A stretch of 28,507 nt of DNA from Vitrella brassicaformis CCMP3155 (taxonomy: Eukaryota > Protista > Chromerida), in contig CDMY01000707.1 of assembly GCA_001179505.1 (NCBI GenBank), forward strand, positions 1 through 28,507. The letters run 5' to 3'. The notes beneath the pieces are model-generated. The model ran no database searches. It was not told the origin of the DNA and was given only the letters and a program-made list of their open reading frames with translations. Of the stretch, positions 1 to 11,184 are shown piece by piece (position 1 is the first letter of the stretch; each line of letters starts with the position of its first letter). A program made the translations under genes and the position numbers.

Positions 1-244
1 CCCCCTTGTCTTCCCAAGTGCAAGTCTCTGCGATTTACCGGTGTGAATCTCCTCGTCGTCCTTTCGCTGAACATAACACCAGAGAACACATGATCCCTTC
101 CCTCCTTCTGAGGTACCGCTGCCTGTTGCCGTCGTACTCACCTCGTACGTGCGGATTTGGACACCCTTGAACTTTTCATACGTGTCAATTGTCTGAGATA
201 GCTGCTGTTCGGGCGTCAGCTCCGCGCGATTCAGGCTCCTGGCT

Positions 245-950
245 AGGAAGAAGGCGAGTTGCAAAGTACTCATCCTCGAAGAAGCATCCATAACACACAC
301 ATCCGTCCGTGCAGAACCAAATGGCGATGGCAAGTGCTGAGAGACACACTCAAAGCTAGACTGAAAGCACCAATACAGACGCCGCCGAACGAACTCAAAC
401 AAGATCTTTGGCCAGACGAAAGCGATAAGCGAAAAGCAGCCGAACTCTCAGGATCTATAACGTTTTGGCGTAGAAGGACGAATGACGGGGGCAGTCCGAC
501 ACAGCTCTACTGCCCTTCTCGAGATCTAGAGGTGCAGCGACGGGAGGCGGCATGGCACAAAGTCAGCCCAACTTCGAAGACTGCAAGGCCACAACGCAAT
601 GGCACGGAATGGTAGAGGCAGCACGACACAACTCCATTATGCTTTCCGAAATTTAAGGAAAGGGGCGGAATAAGTGAATGAGCATGATTCTGTGATGACC
701 ACACAGCCCTGTGGCGTAGTATTCATAATCAGATATATTCATGTATGTGAAGAAGTAGGCCTTATTCCTCATCCTTTGCCCAAGACAACAACGCACACGT
801 TGTCATTTCTCAACGCAAACGCTTTCACAGGTCTGCATTGGACCATTTATTGAATTTGCTGAGCCCGCAATTGCATGGAAAGCAAGAACTTTGGCCGTTT
901 GGAGGCCGAATTTACGATCAATCTAAGACTCAGACGCAGATGAGCTAGCA
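245..950 (+). pseudogene. Degraded coding-like segment, copy A of an inverted paralogous pair (copy B at 5139-6135)
   Basis: The reverse complement aligns by eye with 5139-6135, including identical 20-mer caattgcgggctcagcaaat and 17-mer tactacgccacagggct. ORF 259-615 (FWRRRTND...DLEVQRREAAWHKVSPTSK) matches copy B peptides with several synonymous changes. Product not recognised. Confidence 0.55.
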
Positions 951-1004
951 AGCTGCCCTGAAGAGCACAAAAAGCTGGCAGCTGGACGATAGTTGGGTGG
1001 GGTG

Positions 1005-1190
1005 TGTGTTATGACGTCTCTGTGCGCTTACCTGCGTATGCACGTCGATAGTCAGGGGGATATTTATTTGGTACATACACACATGCCATCCGACCCCTCA
1101 ACTACACACACAGGTGTGTGCAGACGTGTGCAGAGAGGTTCCAACTACAGATATGCGCAGACCTGCGCATGAAGACATTCATTATATAGG
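1005..1190. repeat. Remnants of the 60-bp minisatellite (one unit on minus ~1005-1050, partial units on plus ~1105-1190)
   Basis: Minus strand reads acgtgcatacgcaggtaagcgcacagagacgtcat. Plus strand reads atatgcgcagacctgcgcatgaagacattcattatata. Both resemble the unit of arrays A-D. Confidence 0.5.
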
Positions 1191-1239
1191 TCATCCAACT
1201 ATGGTGGGTGATTAAGTCAAAGATTGTCCATGTGTCCAT

Positions 1240-1806
1240 ACAGTGGAACAGATTGAAGCTATTGACAGAAGCTCGAAAGACAATCACTAGCAGTGCAACA
1301 CACAATCCTATCCTGTCACTCGTCGGGGATGGAAAGGCTTCCGCTCTAGCAAAGCACCCTCAGCAAATCGTGCCCTCTCCTGCCCATTCCATCGACTTGC
1401 CCACCACGCCCTGTAGTTGTGTGCCGGCGAGTGGAAAGACACATTTTTCATCCCTGATGTCATCAGTGAGAATGACTGCTAGCGAAAACCGTTCTGACCG
1501 ACCTGAGAATGCATTATCTCCCTCGTTTTTGACGATATCTCCCTCAATCTGGTCAATTCAATGCGTTGGATATGGTGAATGCGCCGTAAGCAAGCGATAG
1601 AGACGCTTCCCATGACGAACGACAGTCTCATTCATGTTGTAGGTCCATCGGTAAGGATGCTTGCGGAGCAGTTCATCTAGCAGGAGGACGCAAAAGGAGA
1701 ATCTGCCGATGTTGTAGCGTCTAGTTGTCGCAAAGGGGGTGATAATCTGTGAGCTCCGAATACATTGTTAATCCAGGTAAGAGAGTGAAGACATCAGTCA
1801 TGCCTT
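1240..1806 (-). pseudogene. Probable distal part of the unidentified minus-strand ORF, separated from it by the CRE-like insertion
   Basis: Protein-like reading with scattered stops (GMTDVFTLLPGLTMYSELTDYHP...; ...LLDELLRKHPYRWTYNMNETVVRHGKRLYRLL...; IDQIEGDIVKNEGDNAFSGRSERFSLAVIL...). Joins plausibly to ...RVIVLSFIQG at ~3200 across a catgcc(c)tt direct repeat. Confidence 0.35.
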
Positions 1807-2634
1807 AGTGTCACTTACCCACACGCAGCCACGTGCAATGCATCTGTGAGGGGAGGTCGACCCATTTGGCGACCACTACTTCCTAGGCCACAGGAGCGGC
1901 CAGCGAAGTGAGACACAACAGCATCCGCAACCTTTTCTGCCACATCCTGGCTGCACACATGGATGTCTACCTGCAGAACCTCTGCGTAACTTCGCCAGAC
2001 AGCGAACCCAACAGCCAGCGTATGGACATCTATTGTGTAACCGAAGGCCAGGGAACCCTTCTGGATGTCACCATCACCCACCACTGCCGACCCGACAATG
2101 CGTTGGATATGGTGAATGCGCCGTAAGCAAGCGATAGAGACGCTTCCCATGACGAACGACAGTCTCATTCATGTTGTAGGTCCATCGGTAAGGATGCTTG
2201 CGGAGCAGTTCATCTAGCAGGAGGACGCAAAAGGAGAATCTGCCGATGTTGTAGCGTCTAGTTGTCGCAAAGGGGGTGATAATCTGTGAGCTCCGAATAC
2301 ATTGTTAATCCAGGTAAGAGAGTGAAGACATCAGTCATGCCTTAGTGTCACTTACCCACACGCAGCCACGTGCAATGCATCTGTGAGGGGAGGTCGACCC
2401 ATTTGGCGACCACTACTTCCTAGGCCACAGGAGCGGCCAGCGAAGTGAGACACAACAGCATCCGCAACCTTTTCTGCCACATCCTGGCTGCACACATGGA
2501 TGTCCACCTGTAGAACCTCTGCGTCACACCGCCAGACAGCGAACCCAACAGCTAGCATATGGACATCTACTGTGTAACCGAAGGCCAGGGAACCCTTCTG
2601 GATGTCACCATCACCCACCACTGCCGACCCGACA
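1559..2634 (+). repeat. 537-bp tandem duplication (1559-2097 / 2096-2634)
   Basis: atgcgttggatatgg starts at both 1561 and 2098, and ...cccgaca ends both copies. The copies look identical except for 8 substitutions clustered at ~1967-2033. Confidence 0.92.
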
Positions 2635-3191
2635 CCTCTCCCTTCTGCGCTCACAGAGACGTGAGCCGGCGCAGTGCTCAGCTTTCGGGTTGGAATGTCT
2701 TTGCCGAGAAAGCCAAGACGACAAGTACGGCCCCACTCTCCAAGCCAGAGGCTTCCGTTCTGTCCCCTTTGCCGCAGAGACATTCAGCAGCTGGGCGCCC
2801 GCGATGCTTGCCTTCCTCAAGACGCTCGCCAAGAGGAGACCCGCCCTTCGGCCATCCCAGCATCCGAAGATGTATCTTCCCGAGAGAGCGTAATCAATCA
2901 TTGGAGCCAGCTCCTGTCCATGGAGCTGAGGAAGTACAATGCACTCCAAGTGGCCAATCGCTTTCAGAGAGCCGTAGCCGCGAGGGGACCTGCTAGGGCC
3001 AGTGCCTTTGCGGAGGACTTCATCAACCGAGGCCCGTACAGGCTTCACACGAGGCCCCTCTTCCGTGCGTGAATATGTCTGGCACTCTATGCCGTTGAGC
3101 ATGCAGTTGCATGGACCGTGCTTTTGTGTGTGCCGGCTTTGCATGGTTGCTTCCCTGTTACGCGCTGCCTGTGATTATGCATCTGCTGCGG
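1807..3191 (+). mobile_element. 5'-truncated CRE-like (RLE-type) non-LTR retrotransposon fragment: CCHC knuckle, restriction-like endonuclease and 3' UTR, decayed
   Basis: Across frameshifts: QCIC..DPFGDHYF...RHNSIRNLF...PNSQRMDIY...LLDVTITHHCRP...AEKAK/DDKY...GFRSVPFAAETFSSWAPAMLAFLKTLA...WSQLLSMELRKYNA. This is the CxC/H/RH...RxD...DVT...K..KY...P.A.ET.G.W signature of RLE elements. Flanked by catgcctt (1799-1806) and catgccctt (3192-3200). Confidence 0.85.
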
Positions 3192-3199
3192 CATGCCCT

Positions 3200-4919
3200 T
3201 GTATGAAACTCAAGACGATCACTCGTTGCCCCTCGTTTACCCAAAGATCTCATGGAGGTCGAGTGTCTGTCAGTTATTGCATGAAATGGCCTGGTAGTAT
3301 GCAGGAATTCTTAGAGTCTCGCTATGAATTGCTCAGCGTTGCATCACTTTTGCGTGAAATGCAATATGTGGAAGCGAGGGAGCCATCAAGTTGACTTGAG
3401 TTGATGGCGACACTAATGGATGTCTGATGCGCTTCAAGAAGATAAAGGCCTCCCGTTGAAATATCATACTTATACGATGAGTCGAGTAACAAGTTCACCG
3501 ACATAAAACACATCCATGTTCGTTCACTCACTAAGCCCTCCGAGAGTAGTGTTCTGTAAAAACCACTACTATCAGTCAAAGTTCGGAGCGATTTGCATGC
3601 TCCAGAGTTTATTCAGCTTGTACGTATCCGTCAGAAGCTCAGTCCCTGGCGCTATCGTGCCCGCGTAGTCCTTTGGCACCATAAATGTGACCTCCGAATG
3701 AAGAGGATCGTCCTTACAGAAAGCTTCCCGAAACGCGTCAAAACGTTTGTCATCCGGTATCCACATATCGTCGTTTCGGTGGCCACCCGATCGTTCGATA
3801 GTATCAAAGACCACATTGGCGACTGCTCCTGGTGGAGCGACGTTGATTAGACATAATGGTTCGATCTCTGGGCTTGTATACGAACGCACCATGTTGAGCT
3901 CTTGGATCCGTCCCCTCCTCGATCACCTCAAACGCATAGAACGTGTACGACGTCGTCGGCTGACCCCATCGCTCCTTGTGGTCCCGTCTCAGATACTCAA
4001 GACATTTCTCATGGATAACCCAGCTGCTCAAGTTGCCAGGCAGAAGAACGCTCTTAATGCCTCGGAATGAGTCAAATGCGCGTAGTGGTAAAAGAGATAT
4101 AATACCTCGGTCAGCCTCGGGGATGTTCGAGTCAATGACCTGAAGCTGTTGCTCCCTGAGATCCTTGACAGCTCGTTCGTAATATGCTGGGTATTCTTTG
4201 AGGAGCTTGGATGCCCCGACGTCGTCAAGTAGCTCAGTTGCAGTCTTCCATGCAGTAACGTACTGGTGATCGTCTTGCCTTGCACCCCCGGCATTGTCGC
4301 ATGCGACTGCCTGGGCGTCTTCATGAGCCTTCTTCGTGCGGTCAGTGATTTCGCTATTCTTGCTGCGCTGCGCAGTCCGATACTTGTTCTCCATGAATTC
4401 ATCGGTACGTTGCACGAACTCATGCGTCGGATCTAGCTGCTTCAGGGCGTTGTACTTACGGCGACTTGATTCCTCCAAGGCATCCACAAATATCTTCCGC
4501 TTGAGGCTGCTGATCACTGTCCCCTTGGCACGGTCAAGAGTGTAGTCGTTCGGGTTCGTCGCTTGGGTAGTCTTTTTGATGACGCGCTCTCGTGGCGCAC
4601 GAGGCTCTTTGACAGCTCGAAAGGTATGCTCATCCCTCCTCTTCTCTCCCTTCTTCTCATAAATCATCTGACTCCATTCTTGCGATCGGAGTCGCTCTGT
4701 TTCCTCTTCTTCGCCCGCCGACTCATTAGAGGCCCGCCTCATGCACCTGGCGAGCTGTTCGCGGGGTATGGAGACGAACGCCATTGGTTGACACAGCCAG
4801 GGCGTGGCATCGTCGCTTCTTCGCCATCCGATACCAGGTAGCAGACTCTGTGCCTTTGTTGCAGCCGCAGGAACCAAGATTCGAATACTGGTAGGGGAAA
4901 AGCGCAAGAACCTCGCCAT
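3200..4919 (-). pseudogene. Long unidentified ORF: 371 aa open (3804-4919), continued by frameshifted segments 3572-3892 and 3322-3579
   Basis: The ORF-track segments overlap end to end on the minus strand and have globular or charged protein-like composition. No introns are evident and no family motif was recognised. Confidence 0.6.
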
Positions 4920-4982
4920 AATGTCTCTTCAGGCGTCTAAGAGCTAGGAGAGCCATATGAGCACAGTCGATCGCAAAGCGGC

Positions 4983-5135
4983 ACCTATATGTTGCCGTCT
5001 CCCGCAGCGCTTTTGCAGATCTGTCTTCTGCCCCCTTGCATGTTGCGTGTTGCATGTTCCATGTTGCCTGTTGCGTGCTGGACAAACATGGGACCAGGCC
5101 GTCGGGCCGCCCAGGGCATTGCGTGAAACTGCTAC
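4983..5135 (+). repeat. ~150-bp dispersed repeat homologous to the right-hand end of the 16410-16888 insert
   Basis: tatatgttgccgtctcccgcagcgcttttgcagatctg...ggaccaggccgtcgggccgcccagggcatt...aaactgcta versus tatatgcggccgtctcttgcagcgcctttgcagatctg...ggaccaggctatcgggtcgcctagggcatt...aaaccgcta. Confidence 0.8.
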
Positions 5136-5138
5136 TGC

Positions 5139-6135
5139 AGCTCATCTGGTAAGCGAGGAGGCGGTCACAAACTACCGGGGTCCCTGACTTGAGGCGCAGC
5201 ATCGTGCTGACTAGAACGGTCATCGACATAATTCCCCCGCTCTGGTTTCGAATTCTTACTGACGGCAAAATGGATCTGCATTCCTTTGTTCGTTCTCCCT
5301 TAACGGCACTATCTGCGTCTGAGCGCTCACGGCGCTTTCGCGTGATGCCCTAGGTTTGAGTCTTTCATTGATGGTAAATTCGACCTCCAGACGACCCGAA
5401 TCCTCGCTTCCCATACAATTGCGGGCTCAGCAAATCCGAGAAATGGTCCCGGTGCAGTCCTATGGAAGTGTTTGCATTGAGTAAGGACAACATGTGCGCT
5501 GGAGTATTAAGCAAGGGATGATGAATATGGTATATCTCTATCTGTAAATTGTATGACCATGGATACTACGCCACAGGGCTATAGGGTCATCCCGGGACCT
5601 CGTTCATTCATTAATTACGCCTCTTCTCCACTATTCCCCCCGTTCCCCTTCCCCGCTCCCCTGAGAGAAGGTAGAGTCGTATTACACTCTCGAGCATTCA
5701 TCCCTCTGTGCCATTGGGTTCTGGGTTTGCAGCCTTCGAACTTAGGCCGCTGTGCCATTGCTTTCGAACTTACGCCGCTATGCCATTGGGCCCTGGGCCT
5801 ACACCTTCGAATTCGGGCTGACTTCATGCCTTGCCACCTCCCATCGCTGCGGCTCTAGATCTTGAGAAAAAAATGTAGCTGTATCGTGCTCCGCTTATCG
5901 TTCGTCCCTCTGTACCAAAAAGGTTGTGGACTTGCCGCCCTGGGAGTTTGGCTCCTTTGAGCTTATGCTTTCGTCTCGCTTGAGGCCTTTTCTGTATTCG
6001 GCAGCGTCTATATCGAGGTCTTCGGTTAAGTCTGTCTCTCACCCTTGGCCATCGCTATTTGGTTCTGCATGCATAGATGTGCATGACGGATATTTCTTCG
6101 AAGACTCAGCGCTTCGCAGTTGCCTTCTTCCACCA
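5139..6135 (-). pseudogene. Degraded coding-like segment, copy B of the inverted pair, with extra insertions
   Basis: Homologous to 245-950 in opposite orientation. Carries an extra ~165 bp between duplicated atctg (5149-5313) and a 3-unit internal repeat at ~5705-5820. Confidence 0.55.
5705..5820 (+). repeat. Short tandem repeat, 3 imperfect units (ct[g/a]tgccattg...ttcgaa)
   Basis: ctgtgccattg at ~5706 and ~5750 and ctatgccattg at ~5778, each followed by ttcgaa. Copy A has a single unit. Confidence 0.7.
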
Positions 6136-6249
6136 TCTGAGAGAGGGTTTTCATTGCACACGCCAACCAACTATAGGCTTGCGCAGGCGTGCTCATAGAG
6201 ACATTCATTGTACACAGCAACTACAAGCGTGCACAGGCGAGTAGATAGA

Positions 6250-6735
6250 AAATGCGTTCATCGCACACACCAGCCAGTACAAGGATGTGCAAGTGTGCGG
6301 ACAAAGCCCTTCATTATGCGCAAGGGTGCGCACACAGACATTCATTATATACACACACACTGAGTCCAAACCTGCATGCGCAGGGGTGCGCACACACACG
6401 TTCATTATATACAAACACACCATAATATACAAACAGACCAAGTCGACACGTGCATGCGCAGGGGTGCGCACACACACGTTCATTATATGCGCACACACAC
6501 AGTCAACAAGTGTATGGCAGGGGTTCGCATATAGACGTTCATTATATACACACACACTGAGTCCAAACGTGCATGCGCAGGGGTGCGCACACACACACCA
6601 AGTCGACACGTGCATGCGTAGGGGTGCAGACACACCATTCGTCATATAAACGCACTCCAAGTCTACATGTGCATGGCGGTGCATGTCTGTGCAGATGCAT
6701 TTATATATACTGATGCATATCGGCATGTTCATGTG
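6250..6735 (+). repeat. 60-bp-type minisatellite array A
   Basis: Repeated tgcatgcgcaggggtgcgcacacacacgttcattatatac...agtc units. Confidence 0.85.
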
Positions 6736-7423
6736 CAAATCCGTGCATATTTATCCGTTCAGACGGACAACAGGCATGCGACCGTGATGCATATGTCGTT
6801 CAGTCAAGGCACCTTACATCTGTCGTGTCTCAACACACCATCAGAGCTCTGAGCATGCCCTCCCCTACTCAAAAATACCATGCATCCTTCCTTTCCGTGT
6901 GTTCCTCACTGCACTCACCCACTTGAGGTATGCAAGGCTGGAGACATAACGAAAAATGCCAAGCTGAGACATGCAAACGACATGCGTCCAAGTGAGAATG
7001 AGCTAGTGGCTGGCTGTATGGATGGATATATGTATATATGCATGCATGGTGCAGACAAACACAAGGACAGCAAGCACAAGCGTGTACGAGTCGAGCGTCT
7101 GTCTGTCCGGTCGGCCGACATCTGGCGCATCCATGATGTGGTGAATGCACATGTGGATGGATGGATGGATGGCGAATGAATGAGCGAACGAATGTGTTGC
7201 TATGACTCTCACAGCATGAATTGCATGCATCCGATATAATCACGCAAATAGCAACACCACACATATACACGCATACAGAGAGAGAGAGAGAGAGGCAAGG
7301 GCGTGATTTCTCAACCCCCCTTCATGCAGCAAATCACACATGAATTCAGACAATGAATTGCAGAAAAAAGGAAATGACAACCGACTGGCCGACCGAGTGA
7401 CAATCAACCACTATGCATGTTAG

Positions 7424-8100
7424 TCAGGTGCATTCCACCGGGAGCTTCAGGTCGCCCAGCAGGTTTCTCTTCTCGCAGCCAGGGTCGCCATACGTGACGG
7501 CATACACCATTGCCCGGTTTAGCGTTGCCACCTCCGTGTCAATCATGGCACAGACTGCATCCCTCAGGAGCTTGTCAAGGTTCGTGATGGCGTAGTTGTC
7601 TACCCATCTGTTATCATAATGCCAGCGGTTGCAGACCTCGGGCGCCAGGTCCGCAGTAATGTCCTCCCAGTGGGCCTCCATGCACTCGTGGGCGGTGGTT
7701 GCGGCGGTCTCGCGGCAGCTTTCGAAATCCTCTTCCGTGCACTTGGCTTCGGCACACTCGCACTTCGCTTCGGAACTGAAGCCACCCAGGTCCCGCACGG
7801 GTACTACTTCCTCTTCTGCATGCATTGTGAGAGAGAGAGAAACACATGCATTCACGTATATGTGCGTGCATGTCTCTCTCTCTCTCTCTATGTGTGTCCA
7901 CCCACCCACCCAGTGTGTGTCTCTGCACCCACGACGTTGGGACTAGTAATTGTAGAAGGTAATATCCATGACACTGGACTGCTTTGACGTTGGGAGTGAC
8001 AGGTGTCGTCGGTGTCTCGTCCTGCTCGTCTTCTGAAGGGACAGACAAGCCGAACTGATGTACCGAACGAATGTCCCAGGTCACGCAGCTCGCTTACTCA
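7424..8100 (-). CDS. Hypothetical spliced gene for a small Cys-rich acidic protein (last exon 7424-7815; upstream exons uncertain)
   Basis: Open, coding-like last exon EEEVVPVRDLGGFSSEAKCECAEAKC...LPVECT* after a catgcag acceptor. Upstream are a gtgagt donor near 8100, a ccttcag acceptor near 8040 and a hydrophobic stretch FSLSILTFVIIYIPG. The middle-exon donor is not resolved. Confidence 0.5.
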
Positions 8101-8891
8101 CCTCCTGGAATATATATTATAACAAAAGTCAGAATAGAGAGGGAGAAGGGAGAGCTGCCGACTGGATGAGGTGCGCCGGACGAGCAACTGGATGGTAACG
8201 GGCGGGGGAGGCGCTACTGGTCTCTCCCGGCCGTTGCCCCCCGCTCCCTCACATTTCGAATCCGCATGCGGATCGCCTTCCCGCCGCCGATCTACTCCAG
8301 ACACAAGAGAGGAAGACAGCTACACTGCAAACGGCGCTCGGAGGCACCTGGTGCTGCTGCTGACCTGTGCATCGTATTCTTGGAACCCCGGCTGTAGAGG
8401 TGGCGCAAGTAGCCAAGGCAGATCTCCATGAATGCGGCAACCGGCGCATGAAGAAGAACAAAGAGCCCTTTGCCTTGGTTCCTGGCTACTCGTGGTCGCC
8501 TCATCCTTCATTCAAAGTGACACCAAATGCTCAAGATGAAAGCCCGACTGTCCGAAGAGCATCGCCAGGGGCGCCGATGCGGAGATGCTACGTTCAGAAA
8601 TGCCGGCCTCCCGCCATTTGCCACGTGAGAATTGATGGCTCGCCGAGGGATGACCTTCATCGTTCTGTCACTGTCGGACGAAGTGCTCCACAGGATGGGA
8701 GCGTGCTTGAAATCGGAGGAGCCACCTCGACATGTGTCAGATGTCGTGACTCTACACTGGTGAGTGCGAGGTGAATGTCCGTTCACTGAGCCACATACAC
8801 AGATGGCCATGTCCACACACACATCGTTGCCACAGTGCATGTAGCATACAGTGTACACACAACGGCCGGCCAGGTAATCTGACAACATGGC

Positions 8892-9742
8892 TCGGAATGG
8901 ATACACGCACTCCTACACGCACTCCAAGTCAAGACATGCATGCGCAGGTCTGCGCACACAGACATTTATAATATACACGCACTCCAAGTCCACACGTGCA
9001 TGCGCAGGTGTGCGCACACAGGCATTCATCATATACACGCACTCCAAGTCCACACCTGCATGCGCAGGTGTGCGCACACAGACATTCATCATATACACGC
9101 ACTCCAAGTCAAGACTCCAAGTCAAGACGTGCATGCGCAGGTGTGCGCAGGTGTTTCACAGACATTCATCATATACACGTACTCCAAGTCAAGACGTGCA
9201 TGGCAGGGGTGCGCACACAGACATTGATCATATGCACGCACTCCAAGTCCACAAGTGCATGCGCACGTACATGCGCAGGTGTGCGCAGGTGTTTCACAGA
9301 CATTCATCATATACACGCACTCACAGGTGCATGCGCAGGTGTGGTGCGCACACAGACATTCCTCATATACACGCACTCCTACACGCACTCCAAGTCAAGA
9401 CATGCATGCGCAGGTGTGCGCACACAGACATTTATAATATACACGCACTCCAAGTCCACACGTGCATGCACAGGTGTGCGCAGGTCTTTCAGAGACATTC
9501 ATCATATACAGGCACTACAAGGTGCATGCGCAGGTGTGGCGCGTACAGAGACCTTCATCATTCATCATATACAGGCACTACAAGGTGCATGCACAGGTGT
9601 GGTGCGCACAGAGACATTCCTCATATACACGCACTCCTACACGCACTCCAAGTCAAGACATGCATGCGCAGGTCTGCGCACACAGACATTCATCAGCGCA
9701 GGTGTGCGCACACAGACATTCATTATATACACGCACTCCAAG
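8892..9742 (+). repeat. 60-bp minisatellite array B
   Basis: actccaagtc recurs at 8981, 9041 and 9101 (period 60). Unit ~actccaagtccacacgtgcatgcgcaggtgtgcgcacacagacattcatcatatacacgc. Confidence 0.95.
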
Positions 9743-9784
9743 CTCGAGTCAGCCCGCCTGACTTTCGCTGAAATAGACACACAG

Positions 9785-10192
9785 ATGTTTGAGTGGCCGC
9801 ACATCCTGGATGAGAACAACCGCAACATATACGACTCGATACTGCAGACACTCAAGGTCTGTACGTGCATGTATGCATTCGTGTGTGTATGTATTGGTGT
9901 GTGTGTGTTGTGCATGCCATGCGTGCGGTATCTGCAGTATGAGCCCTTGGCCGCCTTTGCGCACGCCATCCACCCGGCCATCAACCAACCCATGGAGTTT
10001 CGCCCCATTATCGAGATTACACCAAGCAAATTGGGGCCTTCGGTGAGGCATACAAGGAGAGATGAGACAGCACAGCATACAGACAAGCGGGCATATGTGG
10101 TGTAGTGTGTGGGCTAATAGGTTGACTTGAACCTTCGTCAAGGCGAAGCGGACGACGGAGAGGCCACCATGAAGAGACCCGATGGTCTATGG
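9785..10192 (+). CDS. Three phase-0 exons of a hypothetical gene (9785-9856, 9938-10042, 10121-10192); ends unresolved
   Basis: Canonical cag/tag acceptors and gt donors. Exons of 72, 105 and 72 nt splice to an open frame: MFEWPHILDENNRNIYDSILQTLK|YEPLAAFAHAIHPAINQPMEFRPIIEITPSKLGPS|VDLNLRQGEADDGEATMKRPDGLW. Confidence 0.55.
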
Positions 10193-11184
10193 GTGAGGGT
10201 ATGTCGATGGGTGAGGGGGAATCACGCTAAAAGTGCGGTGGATTAGCATTGTGAATGAGTGATTTCACATACACACGCGTGTGAGCGTCGGTGCGCGGTG
10301 TGCAGCACAGTGTCTGCCTGTTTTCTTGCCTCTATTTATGTCCTTTGTTCATGTGAATGCGTATTATCAACTGCCCCTTGGGCGTGGGTGTGTGTTTGTG
10401 ATGCTTTATGCTTCATGAGTGCAGCATTCACACACACACACACACACAGGTGTATGGGCAATCCGCACGTCAACCAGGTCAGGTCTTCATGGAGATTGTG
10501 ACGGTTACGCACACATCCAGCATTGAGTCAGCAAGCACTGCACACATGCATACGTGAATCGGATGACAACAACACAACACCGTGACGAACAACACAATTG
10601 TCGAAGTGGCCGTGTAGTCGTGACACACACACACATCCCCCCCACGCCACTCTCAACAAGTCATATAGGCAGTCATAGATGAGCCTCTGCATACGACTGC
10701 ATAAGGTCGTTGCACATTGCAGCGATTCAGCGATTCTCAGCGATACATACTCTCACTGAGATGCACACGCGTGTATACACATGTAGTGCATACATCAAAT
10801 GTACATACATACGGCCCCCCCCTCTCTCTGCCCATGTGTGCGTCTCTGCCTTCTTTCTCCCCATCAAACATGACTGATCACGCATGGATGCATGCGTCCA
10901 TCCAGCAAGCAAGATGCGCGTGGATGATAACTGAAAAAACAGCTCCAAGTCGATGAATGCAGAAAAAGAAACAGAAGGCAAGACACAAACACAACCACCC
11001 ACATATTGACACACACACACACACACACACATCTCCCTCCCTGCACACACAGCACACCCCTGCCCATATGTGTCTGTGTGTATGTGCCTGTATGTGTGTC
11101 CTCCAGTGCTGCACGCGTCAATGCACGGAAATTTGCAGACCTTACACATAATCTCCCTGCCCGCATCCATACATGCACGATTGA

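Noticed and set aside
1-260. Minus-strand two-exon gene fragment with a possible intron at 67-141 (gtgagt...cag)
   Set aside because: The upstream part overlaps the inverted paralogous segment, whose conserved frame is on the other strand. There is too little sequence to support a call.
8892-9742. CRISPR-like appearance (palindromic repeats at regular spacing)
   Set aside because: The intervening sequences are themselves repeated rather than unique spacers, there are no cas genes, and the context is eukaryotic.
8887-10105. Long ORFs (294 and 369 aa) across satellite B, and likewise 318, 254 and 291 aa ORFs across array D
   Set aside because: The 60-bp unit lacks stops in several frames, and the peptide register switches between frames within one ORF. 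The ORFs are a by-product of the repeat, not coding evidence.
10250-11180. ORFs in CA/GT-rich intergenic DNA (also 6860-7330)
   Set aside because: They are low-complexity microsatellite translations rich in H, T, C and V, with no splice-consistent coding signal.
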